A stretch of DNA of 64,000 nucleotides from the human T2T-CHM13v2.0 reference genome, Homo sapiens: NCBI RefSeq assembly GCF_009914755.1, contig NC_060928.1; one strand, written 5' to 3'. The notes under the pieces were generated by a model. It made no database searches. It saw only the letters and a list, made by a program, of their open reading frames with translations, and had not been told where the DNA came from. Below, piece after piece: positions 13,726 through 28,664 of the stretch (its first letter is position 1; the number at the start of each line of letters is the position of its first letter). Made by a program: the position numbers and the translations under genes.

Positions 13726-14740
13726 TAGTTTTATAGTAATATTAATGTCTTCATAATTGACTGGCACAGTAGCTGGCACCAAATGGGCATCTGTAACTTA
13801 TTTTATATGTTTAAATGACATTAAGGCATGAATCACAGTAATCACTAATGAAAAGATATTTTTCTGTAACACAAAGAGACAATTTGCAGCTGCAAAATTA
13901 TAGACATTTCACTTTTTTCCTACAGCCTGTTTCCTGCTTGTTGAAAATAGCAAAGGAGAATGTCTCTTTCATTTTTAAAGTGCTGTAATCTCTGTGGTAA
14001 TAAAATAATAAAACACAATAGTATCTAATTTTATTCTAGCAAAAACATGCGAGATCTGGGTATAATAAAGTCCATTTATATTTAGTTATAGTTTACAAAT
14101 ATTATTGGTTCCCCATTGCCTACATTAAATTAGCATATACAATAAGTTAACTACATTCTGGTAGTCACTGTTACTAAAAACAAAACATTTTTTTTTCTGA
14201 ACTAAAGTAGCCCCAAGTTATGTATGTGTAGGCAAGGCACAGTTAGGAAGAAGGAAGTAGTTTGTTTACCCTTAGCACTTTGTGGTAGTCCTGGCAGCTG
14301 TTCATGCCATGTGTCACCTTCTCTGGCGAGATGCAGCATCTGTCTCATTTAATTAGCAGGACAGTCTGTTACATATGTGGTTTGGAAAAATGAAAGATTT
14401 CCCAAGAGCTTTCTGTCTATGGTATTTTGGAATGTTGTTATTTGTGGATGGATCTGATAACTTGTCATTCTCTTTGTGTTCTCTGGCATGGTTCTCGTGT
14501 AGACAAAGAACTTTAATTCCATAGAATGTCTGAATACCACGGAACAACTCGACTCTGATAACATTCTGGCAGATAAAGACGATCAAGGGACACAGACCAA
14601 CCTCCTGCTTTCCTAAATTAGCTGTACATTCCAAAGAAGCATGTTCTATGACCCCTTTCATGTAAAAAGTTTTCTATTTTATATTTGAATCTTCTTCATT
14701 TTTAGTTGCATTCCTCCCTGAGTATTTTCTGTTTGGTTGG

Positions 14741-15095
14741 TGTATTAGTCCGTTTACACGCTGCTGATAGAGACATACCAGAGACTGGATAATTTATAAA
14801 GAAAAAGTTTAATGTACTCACAGTTCCACGTGGCTGGGGAGGCCTCACAATCATGGCCAAAAGGCATGTCTTACATGGCAGCAGGCAAGAGAGAAAATGA
14901 GAGCCAAGCAAAAGGGGAAACCCCTTATAAAACCATCAGCTCTCATGAGACTTATTCACTACCACCAGAACAGTATGGGGGAAAACACCCCCATGATTCA
15001 ATTACCTCCCACCAGATCCCTCCCACAACACATAGGAATAATGGGAGCTACAATTCAAGATGAGATTTGGGTGAGGACACAGCCAGAACATATCA
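14741..15095 (-). mobile_element. THE1 (THE1B-like) solo LTR, ERVL-MaLR
   Basis: TG...CA termini (tgtattagtccg...aacatatca), typical THE1 body, perfect 5-bp TSD gttgg (14736-14740, 15096-15100). Confidence 0.93.
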
Positions 15096-15295
15096 GTTGG
15101 TATTTATTTTCTCTTAACATGTTTTATTAGGAACCTGTTATATGCTATATTGTCTCTCTAGCTATCATCCCTTTGTTTGGTGAAGCTGAGAAGCACGCTG
15201 AACTCTGGAAAATTTGGTGCCATAAAGTGAATATGGAAAAAAATCTAAAAATTCAAAGCAGCTTTCCAGAAAAATCATCTCTATACACGATACAC

Positions 15296-15577
15296 TTTTT
15301 TTTTTTTTTTTTGACAGAGTCTCTCTCTGTCACCCAGTCTGTAGTACAGTGGTGTGATCTTGGCTCACTGCAACCTCCTCTTCCTGGGTTCTAGTTTCTT
15401 GTGCCTCAGCCTCCGAAATAGCTGGGATTACAGGCCAGTGCCACCACACCCAGCTAATTTTGAGATGGGGTTTCACTGTGTTGGCCAGGCTGGTCTTGAA
15501 CTACTGTCCCCAAGTGATCCGCTTGCCTTGTCCTCCCAAAGTGCTGGGATTACAGACATGAGCCACTGCACCCAGCC
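15296..15577 (-). mobile_element. AluS, with a deleted central linker
   Basis: Poly-T plus Alu body. The central A-rich linker is shortened (cagctaattttgagatgggg). Confidence 0.88.
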
Positions 15578-15584
15578 TCTTTAC

Positions 15585-16215
15585 ATTTTTTGTTATGAAA
15601 AATTCAATCATAAACATGTAGACAGAATAGTATAACGAATCATCATATACCCATCACTGATCTCCAAGGGAGTTTCAACTCATAGCTAATTTTGTATCGT
15701 TTATTACTCTCTCTCTTACTAACATTATTCTGAAGCAATTTCAGACGTTTCATTTTATTTGTAAATACTTTAACAACTATCCCTGAAGATTTAAAAAACA
15801 TAGCCACAATATCAATATCATACCTAAGATATTAGAAAATGTTAGCAGTAATATTACCTTAGTAGCATTAAATATAGGCATTGTTTACATTTCCAATTGT
15901 CTCATAAAAATCATAATTTTTTTTAGCAGTTTGTTTTTTGCATTGGCATCAAAAACTCTCCAGGCATCACAACTGGTTAATATGTCCATAAGACTCTTTT
16001 AATCAATAGACTTTCCCTTCTTTCTCTTTCTCTTTTTTCCCCCTGTAGTTTCTTTGTTCAAGAAACGACATATTTTTCCTACAGGGTTACCTACAGTCTG
16101 AACTTTGCTGATTATATCCCTGTTGTGTTTTTAAACATGTTCTTGTGTCCTATGCACTTTGAAAAATTGAAAGTTGAGTTGGATTCAGGTTATTTTTCTT
16201 GGCAATATCATTTCA
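15585..16215 (-). mobile_element. Ancient L1M (L1MC-like) 3' fragment
   Basis: agacagaatagtataacgaat...cccatcac...attattctgaagcaatttcagac...aaacatagccacaat, resembling antisense L1MC 3' ends. Confidence 0.55.
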
Positions 16216-16315
16216 CTTGTTTTATATTCTGATTTATAAACATAGTGTGCCAATGTAGTTTCTTAAGTGGACCATTTAGGATGTTTTTAAAATGTTCAAC
16301 TCCTTTTTATCTGAT

Positions 16316-16500
16316 CAGTGGTTCTCCAAGCCTGGTCCCTGGACCAGACTCATAAGCATCACCTGGGAGCTCTTAGTGATGTAAATTCCTAGGCCCCACC
16401 CCAGATTAACTAAACCAGAAACTTTGGGAGTGGGGGCTAGCAATCTTTTAACAAGCTGTCCAGCTGATTCCAGTGCAAGTTATAATTTGAAAAATCACTG
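16316..16500. mobile_element. MER5A (hAT-Charlie MITE)
   Basis: Terminal inverted repeats cagtggttctc...aaaatcactg; internal gcatcacctgggag and ggccccaccccaga. Confidence 0.88.
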
Positions 16501-17184
16501 TTATAGATCATTAGTAGTCATTGGCCATTTGTATTTTTCAAAATTCAAAACTTGTTGGTACTCACAAAGAAGAAATTGTGTAAATTAGTGTTTGCACGTT
16601 TAACATCTTGACAGATAAGTTCTGTCTTTTCTAACTCTTCTTCTAACCCAATGTATGGCCCCAGTTCTTGTGTCAGTCATCTCAGTAAAAGGAAGATGGG
16701 AAATCTAGTAAACAATTAGTATCATTAATTTGTCAGGATTCTGTTCTATTTGCTAGCACCCTATTTAATCTGACTGCTGGTGTTAACTATTCTGCTGCTC
16801 CATGTTACTATGCCATGACCTACTTATCATATAATTTCTTATTATTTTTGGAGCAAACCCAAGATCCTTACCCTGTACTTCAAAGACCTACACCTTTGTG
16901 CCTCATTTCCATCTGATGCTAACATGTAACAATTTAACCTTTTTGTTCTCCTTACCTTGTCTTGGCTTTCCTTTAGAAGAGTTCCCTTTTCATAAAAAGT
17001 TTTTATTATTGGAATACATAAGCATTTATATTATATAATAATATCCTAGACCCTGTCTTTTGAAGAGTTTTCCTAGATTTAAACATACAATCTGAATATG
17101 GAACTCATTCTTGGCTTGTCTAGTATTTTTCAGCAGCCTCATACTCCTAGACATATATCGGTGGCATTGCATCCCTTTATGGGC

Positions 17185-17390
17185 AAGAGGCAGTAGTAGA
17201 GTGTAGGAGTTAAAAGCATGGACCCTGGGATTTGAATCTTCTGCCTGCTACTTACTATCTATTTGCATTAATTTCTTCATCTGCAGCATGAGGAAAATAA
17301 TAGTATGAAACCCATCATGTTGTTGTGAGCATTAAATAAATTATTATATGTAATATGCTTTGAGGAAAGCCTAGCACATGGTTATCAATT
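17185..17390 (+). mobile_element. MIR
   Basis: ggcagtagtagagtgtaggagttaaaagcatggac...tttcttcatctgcagcatgagg...gttgttgtgagcattaaataa. Confidence 0.75.
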
Positions 17391-18172
17391 ATTCTCTTAA
17401 TATTTTATTTGATCATATACATTTTGGTTTATGGGTTTCCATGACTATTGTTCACCCTAGGAAATTATTGTAGGTTAGGAATTGTGCTAATAGGTTTCTA
17501 TTAACATAATATTTAATTCAGTGCCACCTGCACTCAAGTGCTTTTTGAATTTAGTGCCATTCAAAATGCAAGCCCTTGAAATGAAATCTTAGAAAAAGGT
17601 GGGTGTAGGGGGGAGAATTTAATTCAGAGTAACGTACCCGACCTAAATAAAAACTTCTTAATCATGTATCAAAGGAAAAGAAAACCTTGTATCTAGCATT
17701 AATTATATTAATATAATACAATATAGTAGAGTTTTACTAGCCTCTCCCTTATGCACTGTGAAAACAGGTAGTTTGCAAAATGCACCTTTATTCTGCAGTA
17801 AGGCTGCTTTGGGTAACAGGGAATCAGTGACCTGTTCTATCATCACTTGCAAATCATAACAATTAATTGTGTTGAAAGGTCTCAAAGTCTAACTAGTAGT
17901 TAACAAAGAAAGCTTGAAAACTGAGACAAAGTGTTAATGGTCATGTGAAGGTAAATTTAACGGCCATATTGACAGTTACAATTATTACTTCTGGCAACAA
18001 GGTATTAGCAGGCTAAATACTGTAATGAGTTTCAGTACTTGCTTTTTACTACACTATGAGAAAAACTAATTATGAAATACATATAATTTATGATGTATAT
18101 AATTTATTATTATTCATATGGCTCTGATATTGGTCAGTATTAAATTGCTTTGTCAAACATTAAAGCCAATAG

Positions 18173-18508
<336 letters not shown>

Positions 18509-19377
18509 TTTAATTCCTTTTTAATATTCAGATCAAATATTTTTCTTTCTTGTTTAAAAAATAAATTCAGATCAAATGTTGTTGTTGCTGTTATTTTCAT
18601 ATTCTGAATGTGTGGCACTCTTGACTCCTTGAATGCTGTGTGTGCATATAGGTAGATAATTTATGGAGCCGCTGAGGGGATTCCCTCTCATTCTTTCCTG
18701 ACCCCAAGTCAGGAACTGACTTCCCATGTGGGAGATGAGATTTAGTACCCAGTACTTCAGTCGAAAGCCCATAGGCAGATGTTATGGCTCTATTTGCCTC
18801 CCAAAGTTTCCTTCAATGAAAGGACTCAAAGGGGGCACAAGTTAGTTTTCTTCTTAGTGGCCCAAAAAGGTGTGGCGAGGAAAAGAGTATTGCTGAAATA
18901 TCTGCTTTGAAATTAAAGAAAATAAGACATTTCTTTAGATTAGCTTAGAATAATGAGATGTGAGAAGGAAAGTTTAAGGTATATAAAATGGGGCAATTTA
19001 TAATTTGTCATAAAGTTGTTATAAGGATGGAATGTGTTATTATTATAAAGAGCTTAGAATAGTTCCTGGCAGAGAGTGATTTTTATTTAAGGGTTAGATA
19101 TATAGTTAGTATAATCTTTTGGCTACTTTTATTATCAATTGATTATGAGATTGATCAGAAAAGACATTTGGAGATAGAGTGGGGCTGGCAAATGTGATCC
19201 CTTTTCCCCTTTTAGACTCTAATTTCTCTTTGCCCCTCTTCTTTTTAATCCTTCAATCTCTCTCTCAGACCTATGACTTGATGCCTGTAGACCCTAGGTA
19301 GTGAGATCTGTGTGCCTCTGAGGACTATGATGCAGCACTCCAACAGAAATAGCAGAATTCTGAATAAGTATTCAGTC

Positions 19378-20443
19378 AGCACGTTACTGTACTAAATGCT
19401 TTAGGCAACTGTTACACAATGGCAAGCATTTGTGTATCTAAACATTTCTAAACATATAAAAGGTAAAATATGGTATAAAAGACAAAAAATGGTAAACCTG
19501 TATAGGGCACTTACCATGCATGGAGCTTGTAGGACTGGAAGTTGCTCTGGGTGAATCAGTGAGTGAGTGGTGAGTGAAGGTGAAGGCCTAGGACATTACT
19601 GTCCACTACTGTGGATTTTATAAACACAGTGAACTAGGCTACACTAAATTAAAAAAAAATCTTCTTTCTTAAATAATAAATTAACTTTAGCTTACCATGG
19701 CTTTTTTACTTTATAAACTTGTATTTTTTTACTTTTTGACTCTTTCTGTAATAACAATTAGTTTAAAATATAAACACATTGTATCGCTGTACAAAAATGT
19801 TTTCTTTCTTTATATTCTTATTCTATAAGCTTTTTTCTATTTCAAAGATCATATATATATATATATATATATATATTTTACTTTTTAAACTTTCTTGTTA
19901 AAAACTAAGACAGAAACATACACATAGCCTAGGCCTACACAGGGTCAGGATCATCAGTATCACTGCCTTCCATCTCCACCTCTTGTCCCAGTAGAAGCTC
20001 TATTAAGAGTGGAAAACTGGAAATAGTAACACAAATGGAGCTGTAATCTGCTATAACAATGCCTTCTTCTGGATACCTCCTGAAGGACCTGCCTGAGGCT
20101 GTTTTATAGTTAACTTTTTTTTTATAAGTTGAGGCAGTATACCCTAAAATAGCAATAAAAGTTTACTATAGTAAATATATAAGCCAGTAACATATTCGTC
20201 ATTATCAAGTGTTATGTATTGTGGATAATTGTATGTGCTGTAATATTATATGACTGGCAGCACTGTAGGTTTATTTACACCAACATCACCAAAAACGCAT
20301 GAGTAATGCATTTGCTATTACATTATGATGGCTACGACGCCATTAGGTGATAGGAATTTTTCAGCTCCATTTTCTTCTTATGGGACAACTGTCACATTTG
20401 TGGTCTGTTGTTGACTGGAACTTTTTCGTGTGGTTCATGACTA
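19378..20443. mobile_element. Tigger3/Tigger3b (TcMar-Tigger) fossil with an internal (TA)n
   Basis: Hallmark segments gtatagggcacttaccatg...ggaagttgctctgggtga(a)tcagtgagtgagtggtgagtg and gcctaggcctacacagggtcaggatcatc. Degenerate TIR ends catgacta at about 20443; the left end is not seen. Confidence 0.85.
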
Positions 20444-21190
20444 TATGATCAATGCAGAAGTTATACCATAGATTAAAAATAGAAATGAAATCTCCTTGAT
20501 ATATGAGTACATAATACATATATATGTATATACACATACATGCACATGCACACATACATACATATGTTCATAAAGTATGTAGAAAGAGATCTTGAGTTGG
20601 AAATAAGCCATCGTTCAGGCAGGTGGCCATGGGTTAAAGCTGTGAATTTACAAAATGGGGAAAAGGGAATCAGAGTAAAAAGCTATGCTATTACTCCATA
20701 TTTAATTTTAATTGTGATGGGTATAGAAGCCCTTTGGCATGAAAGGGAAAATGGTATATATTTTAAATTTTCATGCCAATGATAAATATTTCACATGCAT
20801 TAAAACCTGTAAAATATATTGTATTTACAGGAGCAAGTCACATTCTAGGGGGAAATTGCCTTTCCTGCAGTTGTATTTTTACATTACCCCAAATACCTGT
20901 GAGAACCAATTAGTCTCCACAACTTGCCATGTTCCTGTTAAGTGAACCTGGCACAGGAACATCCAGCTAATCCTTTGGCAGCCTTGTGTGAAGTACTTAG
21001 GAAGCCTGGTGTGTCCTTCCTCCAACCTTACAGCATGGGAGCCAACTCTGGCCACTGTTGGCCTGTTATTGTGCAGTGGTGAATTTCTGACACAAAATGA
21101 GTTGTGGAGATTACTGAGGAAGGAACGCAAAGTGATTATGTGGTCTCTCTTTTGGGCCTGATCTTTAGACCTTCAGAAAAATTGGCCTCA

Positions 21191-21830
<640 letters not shown>

Positions 21831-22011
21831 AAAACCTTTCCAAGCAAACAAACAAGGAAACAAAACTTCTGTACAAATCTTATTTTAAAAAGTTATAAAG
21901 TTATAGTTATTCTTAATTAATGGTTGAATGAGTAGAATTCAGATCTGTTATTATTTTTAAAGAATGTAGACTTGAAGTGTAGAAAAGGATTATTTTAAAA
22001 TATAACTTTTC

Positions 22012-22245
22012 AGTTTTGGTGTTCTGTTTCACAGTAGAGTGACTACAGCAAATGCCAATGTATTATATATTTCAAGACAGCTAGAAGAGAAGATTTTGAA
22101 TGTTGCCACCACAAAGAAATGTTAAGTAGTTAAAGTGATAGCTATAATTACTCCAATTTGACCATTATACTATAGATACATGTATTGAAACATTATACCC
22201 AATAAATATGTACAGTTATTATATGCCATTATAAATAAAAATAAG
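22012..22245 (+). mobile_element. L1MA (L1MA9/10-like) 3' end
   Basis: tgtattatatatttcaagacagctagaagagaagattttgaatgttgccaccacaaagaaatg...aaatatgtacagttattat...aaataaaaataa. Confidence 0.75.
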
Positions 22246-22614
22246 TGAAGAGTTCAAAAAAAACCTTTTCAAAGCTTTGAAAATTTTTTCTGAAAGATCG
22301 AGTTGATCATTATTTTGAAGAGAAGAAAATGTTTAACATTTTACTCAGTAATTTTATGGACAGTAAACCAAATGGGCAGTCCTTTGGTTCACTTCTCTCT
22401 GTGCCCAGAAATACCTGGGTTGCCTTCATATGGCCTCAGGTTGTAGAGTTGTGAGGCACCTGACTGGGGTTGCATGGGATGTGGCAATCCTTATATTTAA
22501 TATTTCATATTTTTAAGAGAATGAGAGTGGTGCAGGCAGGGTAAAGGGTTCTCTCAAGAAGGATGGGGCAAATACAACTGCTTCTGTCCTAACTGGGAGG
22601 AAAAGCAGACTGAC

Positions 22615-22840
22615 AAAGTCAGAAAGCTTTGAGTTTCAGGTCAGCCTTCCCACTGACTCCCATTCAAACCTTGATCAAGTAATTTGACATTTCCTACCTC
22701 AGTTTCCTCATCTGTAAAATGGTGATAATAATAGCACTCACCTCAGAAGGCTGTTGTGAGGGTTAAAGAAGATAATGAATGTACAGAACTCAGCATACTG
22801 CTTGGCTCATATGGAAGCCCTTAATACATGTTAGCTAATA
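22615..22840 (+). mobile_element. MIR
   Basis: cctcagtttcctcatctgtaaaatggtgataataatagcactcacctcagaaggctgttgtgagggttaaa. Confidence 0.85.
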
Positions 22841-23095
22841 AATCCTACCTTTGCTCCTTGCTTCAGTGCTGGAAGTGTAGAAGCTGACAACTGGTCCCTT
22901 CTTTATTTAGGTTCATCCCTAAATAAAGGAAAAACACCATGTTGAGTAAATTTGGAAGAGACGATATTCCCTGAGACTAGCAGAAGTCATAGCTATTAAA
23001 TGTGTAAAACTGACTTTGTTGCATAGAAATCCTTTGATAAGTAACAGATGAAACTGTGATAAATGATATATTAATAAGTAAAAATTCACTTTTAT

Positions 23096-23287
23096 TAGGC
23101 TTGCCAGATAAAATACAAGACACTGAGTTATATTTAACTTTTGGATAAGCAATAGCTAATTTTTTTGTTGTAAGTACATCCCAAATGTTGCATGGGATAC
23201 ATGTATGCTAAAATTTATTCATTTTTATCTGAACTTCAGATTTAACTGGGGATCCTATATTTTTATTTGCTAAATTTGGAAACTGTA
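23096..23287. mobile_element. MER53 (hAT MITE, palindromic)
   Basis: taggcttgccagataaaatac...central atcccaaatgttgcatgggat...ttttatttgctaaatttggaaactgta, matching the MER53 architecture. Confidence 0.85.
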
Positions 23288-24687
23288 ACCTTTAAATATC
23301 ACTCTTTTCTGATCTGGTATTTTAGTTTTATACTTTTCCTCATAGATTTTTTTTTTCTCATAACTGGTAATTTATCAACATTTCCTGTCACAATAAAGCT
23401 AAATTGTACATAAAATATTAACATAACTTGGAACTTTATGAGATGAGAAAATTTATGAGATGTAAATTAAAAGCAACATTAAATAAACTCAAGGATTAAT
23501 TATATGCATAATAACATACCTTTTCATATTTCTGGTAAACTTGATACAAATCTGATCATAATAGTACAAGCAGTCAGTAATAAACATAAGAAATAAATAA
23601 AAATGTAGAAGAAACATGAATTGTTGCTACACATGATAGTTTTGACAGATTAAATGCACAAAACCCCAAAATATAAATTTTTCTAGTTTCACGTTTTCTC
23701 TTAGTGTTATTTATATCTTTATTTCTAAAGGTATACTTGTAATATACTTATTAACATTAGTCTATTTAAGAATCTCTATTATTATTTTTGACTTTCAAAT
23801 AGTATCTGAAATTTACCCTGAGATTTATCTGAGATTTACAAGCAAATCTCAAGGTTAAAAAAAATCATTGAGTTAGGCAGTTTTAGAATTGTTATTTTGA
23901 AATCAACATGTTATAATGTTTTAAAGTAGGATATATGTATATACAAACTTACATAAACCTGTATGTCTTCATTTTTATTTGTAAAATCTTTATGATTTTA
24001 CAGCTTTAAAAGCAATAAAGTACTAATATGATGTATTAATATATTCCCTTGAAAATACAGATTAATCAGGATTCCTGTTCTTAGATGGTTAAATCTTAAG
24101 TTTATCTGAAACAAAAGTTTTGAGTCTACAGAAACTTATTGAAAATAGATAATTAGATGTTCAAAAAGTTATGATTTGTTGTAGAAATGCAACTAGTAAT
24201 TTAAAAACTACTCATAATTGTTTTAGATAATTGTTGCAGACAGAATATTGATGAAAAAACACTTATATAACTGAGGGAAGCAAATCATATGATAACATCC
24301 CTTCAGCTTAAATCTATTGAATTTGTTTGGCTTAAAATAACATTAAAAGTAATGTGTTTTAAAAATGCTACGATTTTTGGTAATCCATTCCATTTGGATT
24401 TTTGCCTTTTCTTTATTTTGAAGTCTAAACGGATCTACCGAAATATTTAACTGGCTTTGTTTGTCTTCCAAGGATAAAGGTTCTTTAGGGGACTATGCCA
24501 CCCAATTGCTCTATTGCCCTTTTAATTTCCTTTTACTTTTTCAGAACTTCTCTACTACCCTTAGGAAGCATAGTAATTAAATTAGGGTAAAACCAAATAG
24601 TTCTCATATAAGGACAAAGGTAAGTGTTTCTTTCACATGCCTGATAAATTGCTCTATTGGTTTTCCTGAATGTGAAAAATTATTTGA

Positions 24688-25084
<397 letters not shown>

Positions 25085-25964
25085 TTGAGTTCTTATATAT
25101 TCCTACATTAAACTCTATGGAAAAGATAATGAGTTGTACTCAAAATAAATTTCAGCACTGGGTTCTTAGATCGCAATAATATTGTGCACTTTATTCTTGT
25201 AACAGTAAATAGTATTGAGTATTTTTATGTTTCCATACAACTGTAATTCATTTCCCCATCAATTCACTGTTAATCTCCATTGTAAAGTTTTTTTTATAAA
25301 GTTCCTGTTTTCATGGCATAGATAATTTTTTTATAACCAACTAAGAAAAATATAAGTTCAAAATTAATTGTACCTTAAAAAAACCAACTTCAATGTTAAA
25401 GTATCATTTATATATTAGGAAATTTAAAGCAGCTGTAATTTTTTTTAAAAAGCAAATATAATCTCAAACTATTACTTGTAACATGTTCACTATGAAGGAT
25501 AGAAAATATTTACAAACAAATGTCCTTTAAAAGAATTATACCATTATTAATGGCCAGTTAAAATTTTAACTTTTTAAAAATAATAACCCCTTTTTAACTG
25601 GAGCAGATGACTAGCATTGTGATGAATGTCTTATTTCAAGATTGCATATAAGTAAAATCATTAAGAGATGAGGGAAAGGGTGAAGTAAAACCTCATTAAT
25701 GTGCAGAAGAATGCTGGTGGTTCTGGGATTTCTTCCAAGCCTTTTTGGCATACTTCACTTCCCAAGAGAGTGACAACTTCTTGAGAACTGGCTTTTTATT
25801 ATCCTATTGTGTTATAACTAGATGGCTGTAGAGGTAAGAAAGATCATTTATTCAATAGAATGGCCTGTTTTGGGCTGTAAGTAAATAAACTGGCTTACAG
25901 GAAAATGTCATAATGCTTTCTTGTTATATAAAATTATGAGTGTAAGCTTTATAATAGTAGAGAG

Positions 25965-27130
25965 ATAAGTCTGTTTTGTTTACTGTAGTATCTGCAGTGC
26001 CTTGTAACAGGGCCCAGAACAGAGGAGGTGCCCAATAAATGTTTGCTGAAGGAAGAAATGGGGACTTGATTGCACCAAACTGGAAGTGTGGAGAGTTTCA
26101 CTTCATTTGGGAATCCTTGGAGTTGGCCACACCTAGCACATGGACGTCTGGGGGTCTGCCTCTGGCTTTTCAACCCCAGGGCTAGTCCCCCAATTCGCTA
26201 GTGCTAGCCCTTTACTTGCCTAAGATTCTTATCTGCTGCTGTGAGATGATGATAGAGAAATAATACTGGTTTTTGTAATGCTTTGCAGTTCATAAAGCAC
26301 AGACTCTGTATTTGTACTAGGATCTAATTCTTGAAAGTGAGACATCTGTTTTCCTTTGCCTGCCCTGGCTTTGTAAATTGTTGGAATCCATAACTCCTTA
26401 AAATTAGGGAAAAGGTCTACAATTACTGAATAAGAAAAGTGACAGTCTTTAAGCTTAGAACTAGTTCAAACAAGACAATTTCATAGTCCTGAAGGTAGCT
26501 GTGGTTGTAGGTCTTGCATAGCAATTTCAAATAAAATGACATCAAAGGATCACTAAAGAACCACAGCATTTGTTTTAAAGAATATATATTAAGCGCTAAT
26601 GCTAGGTCCTCTCTATTCCAGAATCTCACACTCTAGTGGAGGTGGCGGACACATGCAGAAGAGGCTAAAACACTATTGAAGTAGGTGCTAGTAGTTTAAA
26701 AATGTCAAGGAGGAAGTAATTAACTAGGTTTAGAAATATTGGAGATGGCTACACAGAAGATTTGGTGGTTGAACAAACCTTTGACAGAGAAGTAGAAATT
26801 TGTCAATTGGGCTCCAAGGCTTTGGGGGAATGGAGTAAAAAAGAACTTTGCAGGCAAGAGTAATGAAATGGATGCTTGAAATACAGTGTTCTTCTGGGAA
26901 ACTGTAAATTTTTCTGACATGGCTGGAACATAGATTGCGTGAGAGAGTGATAGGTAGGAAAATTCACATAGGCATTTAAGAGGACCGCTTATACCATACA
27001 AACAAAAAGTGATGGGGGAACCCTGATGATTTTTGAATAGCAAAGTGACATAATCATATTTGCAATTCAGACCCAAACTCTGGTGGTTTTGCCAGAGTTA
27101 AAGTAAGGCAGGGGGAGAGACTGGACACAA
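25965..27130. mobile_element. L2 fragments (3' end at about 25965-26050; body at about 26590-27130)
   Basis: ctgtagtatctgcagtgccttgtaacagggccc...cccaataaatgtttgctgaa (L2 3' end) and purine-rich L2-like body motifs. Confidence 0.5.
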
Positions 27131-28446
27131 GCCTTGGAGGTTTTCTTCTTCTTTTTCTTTTTCTTTTTTCTTTTTTTTAAAGCGATCTAAAAAAATCCTG
27201 ACTAAACTTCCAATAATAAAAATATTAGTAACAATAAACAGAATTCAAATTCCAGGTAGTGCTTTAGACTTTCAATATGTTTAATTTCACTAATCCCTGC
27301 ATCAACCCCTTGACTCACTATTACTATCCCCAGTTGATAAATGAGTACATTTAGGGTTGCAGAAGTGAAAGAACTTGCCCTAGGTCACCAGGCAAGTAAA
27401 AAAAACATGAGCCTAAGCGGTTTCATTCCAGAGCCTGAACCCTTGTCCCTGCCTAAGGGTGCACATAGGCCTTTTAATGCCAATATCCCAAAATTTATTG
27501 TTGTTGTTTCTACCTGCTGTACGAGGATGTTAAGCCCTTCCCCTACATCTCACTTGGTTATTTCTGGTCCTCTCCAGAAACTGTGTCATGTGAAACCCAG
27601 AACTCCTTCTTATGTTCTTCTGCTCTGGAGGTGCATACCCAGGTCACAGATAGGCCTAGACATGTCTACAGCCTAGATTAGTTCTAGTTGTAATTACTGT
27701 CATGCTATTACATACCAACTCCCTGGGGAACCTGTCAGCTTTTGAACAGCTATTCTGGCCTGCCTGCTCAAACTATCATATTTTCTATGTTTAGCTATAT
27801 TAAGATGTAGTTATTAGTTTATAGATTTAAAAAAAAGGGATTGAAATCATTCTCTCCCTACCTTCCTTCCACTGCCTTCCTATCTTCTCACCATTATGGA
27901 AAAAAGAAATAAAAAAAGGGGATTCCCAGTTAAAACCACAGAAGAAAGTATTAGGAAGAATTATGGAACATTTTTTTTCCTAATTTGAAAATTCAAATCT
28001 TAGAAAAGGCAACCAGAACAAGTTACCCTTTGTTTTATCTCAGACCAAGAGCAGAAATAAATTCCAAATTCTGATCATACCTCAGATCTCAGGCATAACA
28101 TTATTTCATCAGAAAAGCCAAACTAGGTCAGTACTTTGGGTTTTAGCTCTCATTTTATCTTTATGGAACTCATCTGCCTAAAATTAAAGATTTAATTGAC
28201 TCAAATGTGGATTGATGCTTATCACTTCTGATCAAATGGTAGTTTTTTAAGGGCAAAAACATTTTTTGTTTTAGACACAACTATAATATAAGTGCTGAGA
28301 ACAGTGCCTTACTTCTGACAGACTTTCAACAAATATTTAAGGCATACAAGGAAATGAATGATGGAATAAACTGATAGTATTATCTGCCCTTCACAGACAG
28401 CCCTACTCATAGGAATGAGTAGGAATAAGGAGGATCTCTGGCAGAC

Positions 28447-28664
28447 TGATACAGTTTGGCTATTTATCCCTGCCCAAATCTCATGTCGAAATGTAATCCC
28501 CAGTGCTGGAAGTGGGGTCTGGTGGGAGATGCTTGGATTATGGGGGCGGATTCCTCATGTTTTGGTGCTGTCTTCATGATAGTGAGTGAGCCAATTAAAC
28601 TTTTCTGTATAAATTACCCAGCCTCAGATGTTTCTTTATAGTAATGCAAGATTGGCCTAATACA
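28447..28664 (+). mobile_element. MST (MSTA/B-like) solo LTR with an internal deletion
   Basis: tgatacagtttggct...cccaaatctcatgtcgaaatgtaatcccc 5' end and ataaattacccagcctcag...ctaataca 3' end. Only 218 bp, so the middle is missing. Confidence 0.85.

Noticed and set aside
14290-14580. Cluster of GATA sites and E-boxes
   Set aside because: Short motifs expected by chance in AT-rich DNA; nothing else in the sequence supports function.
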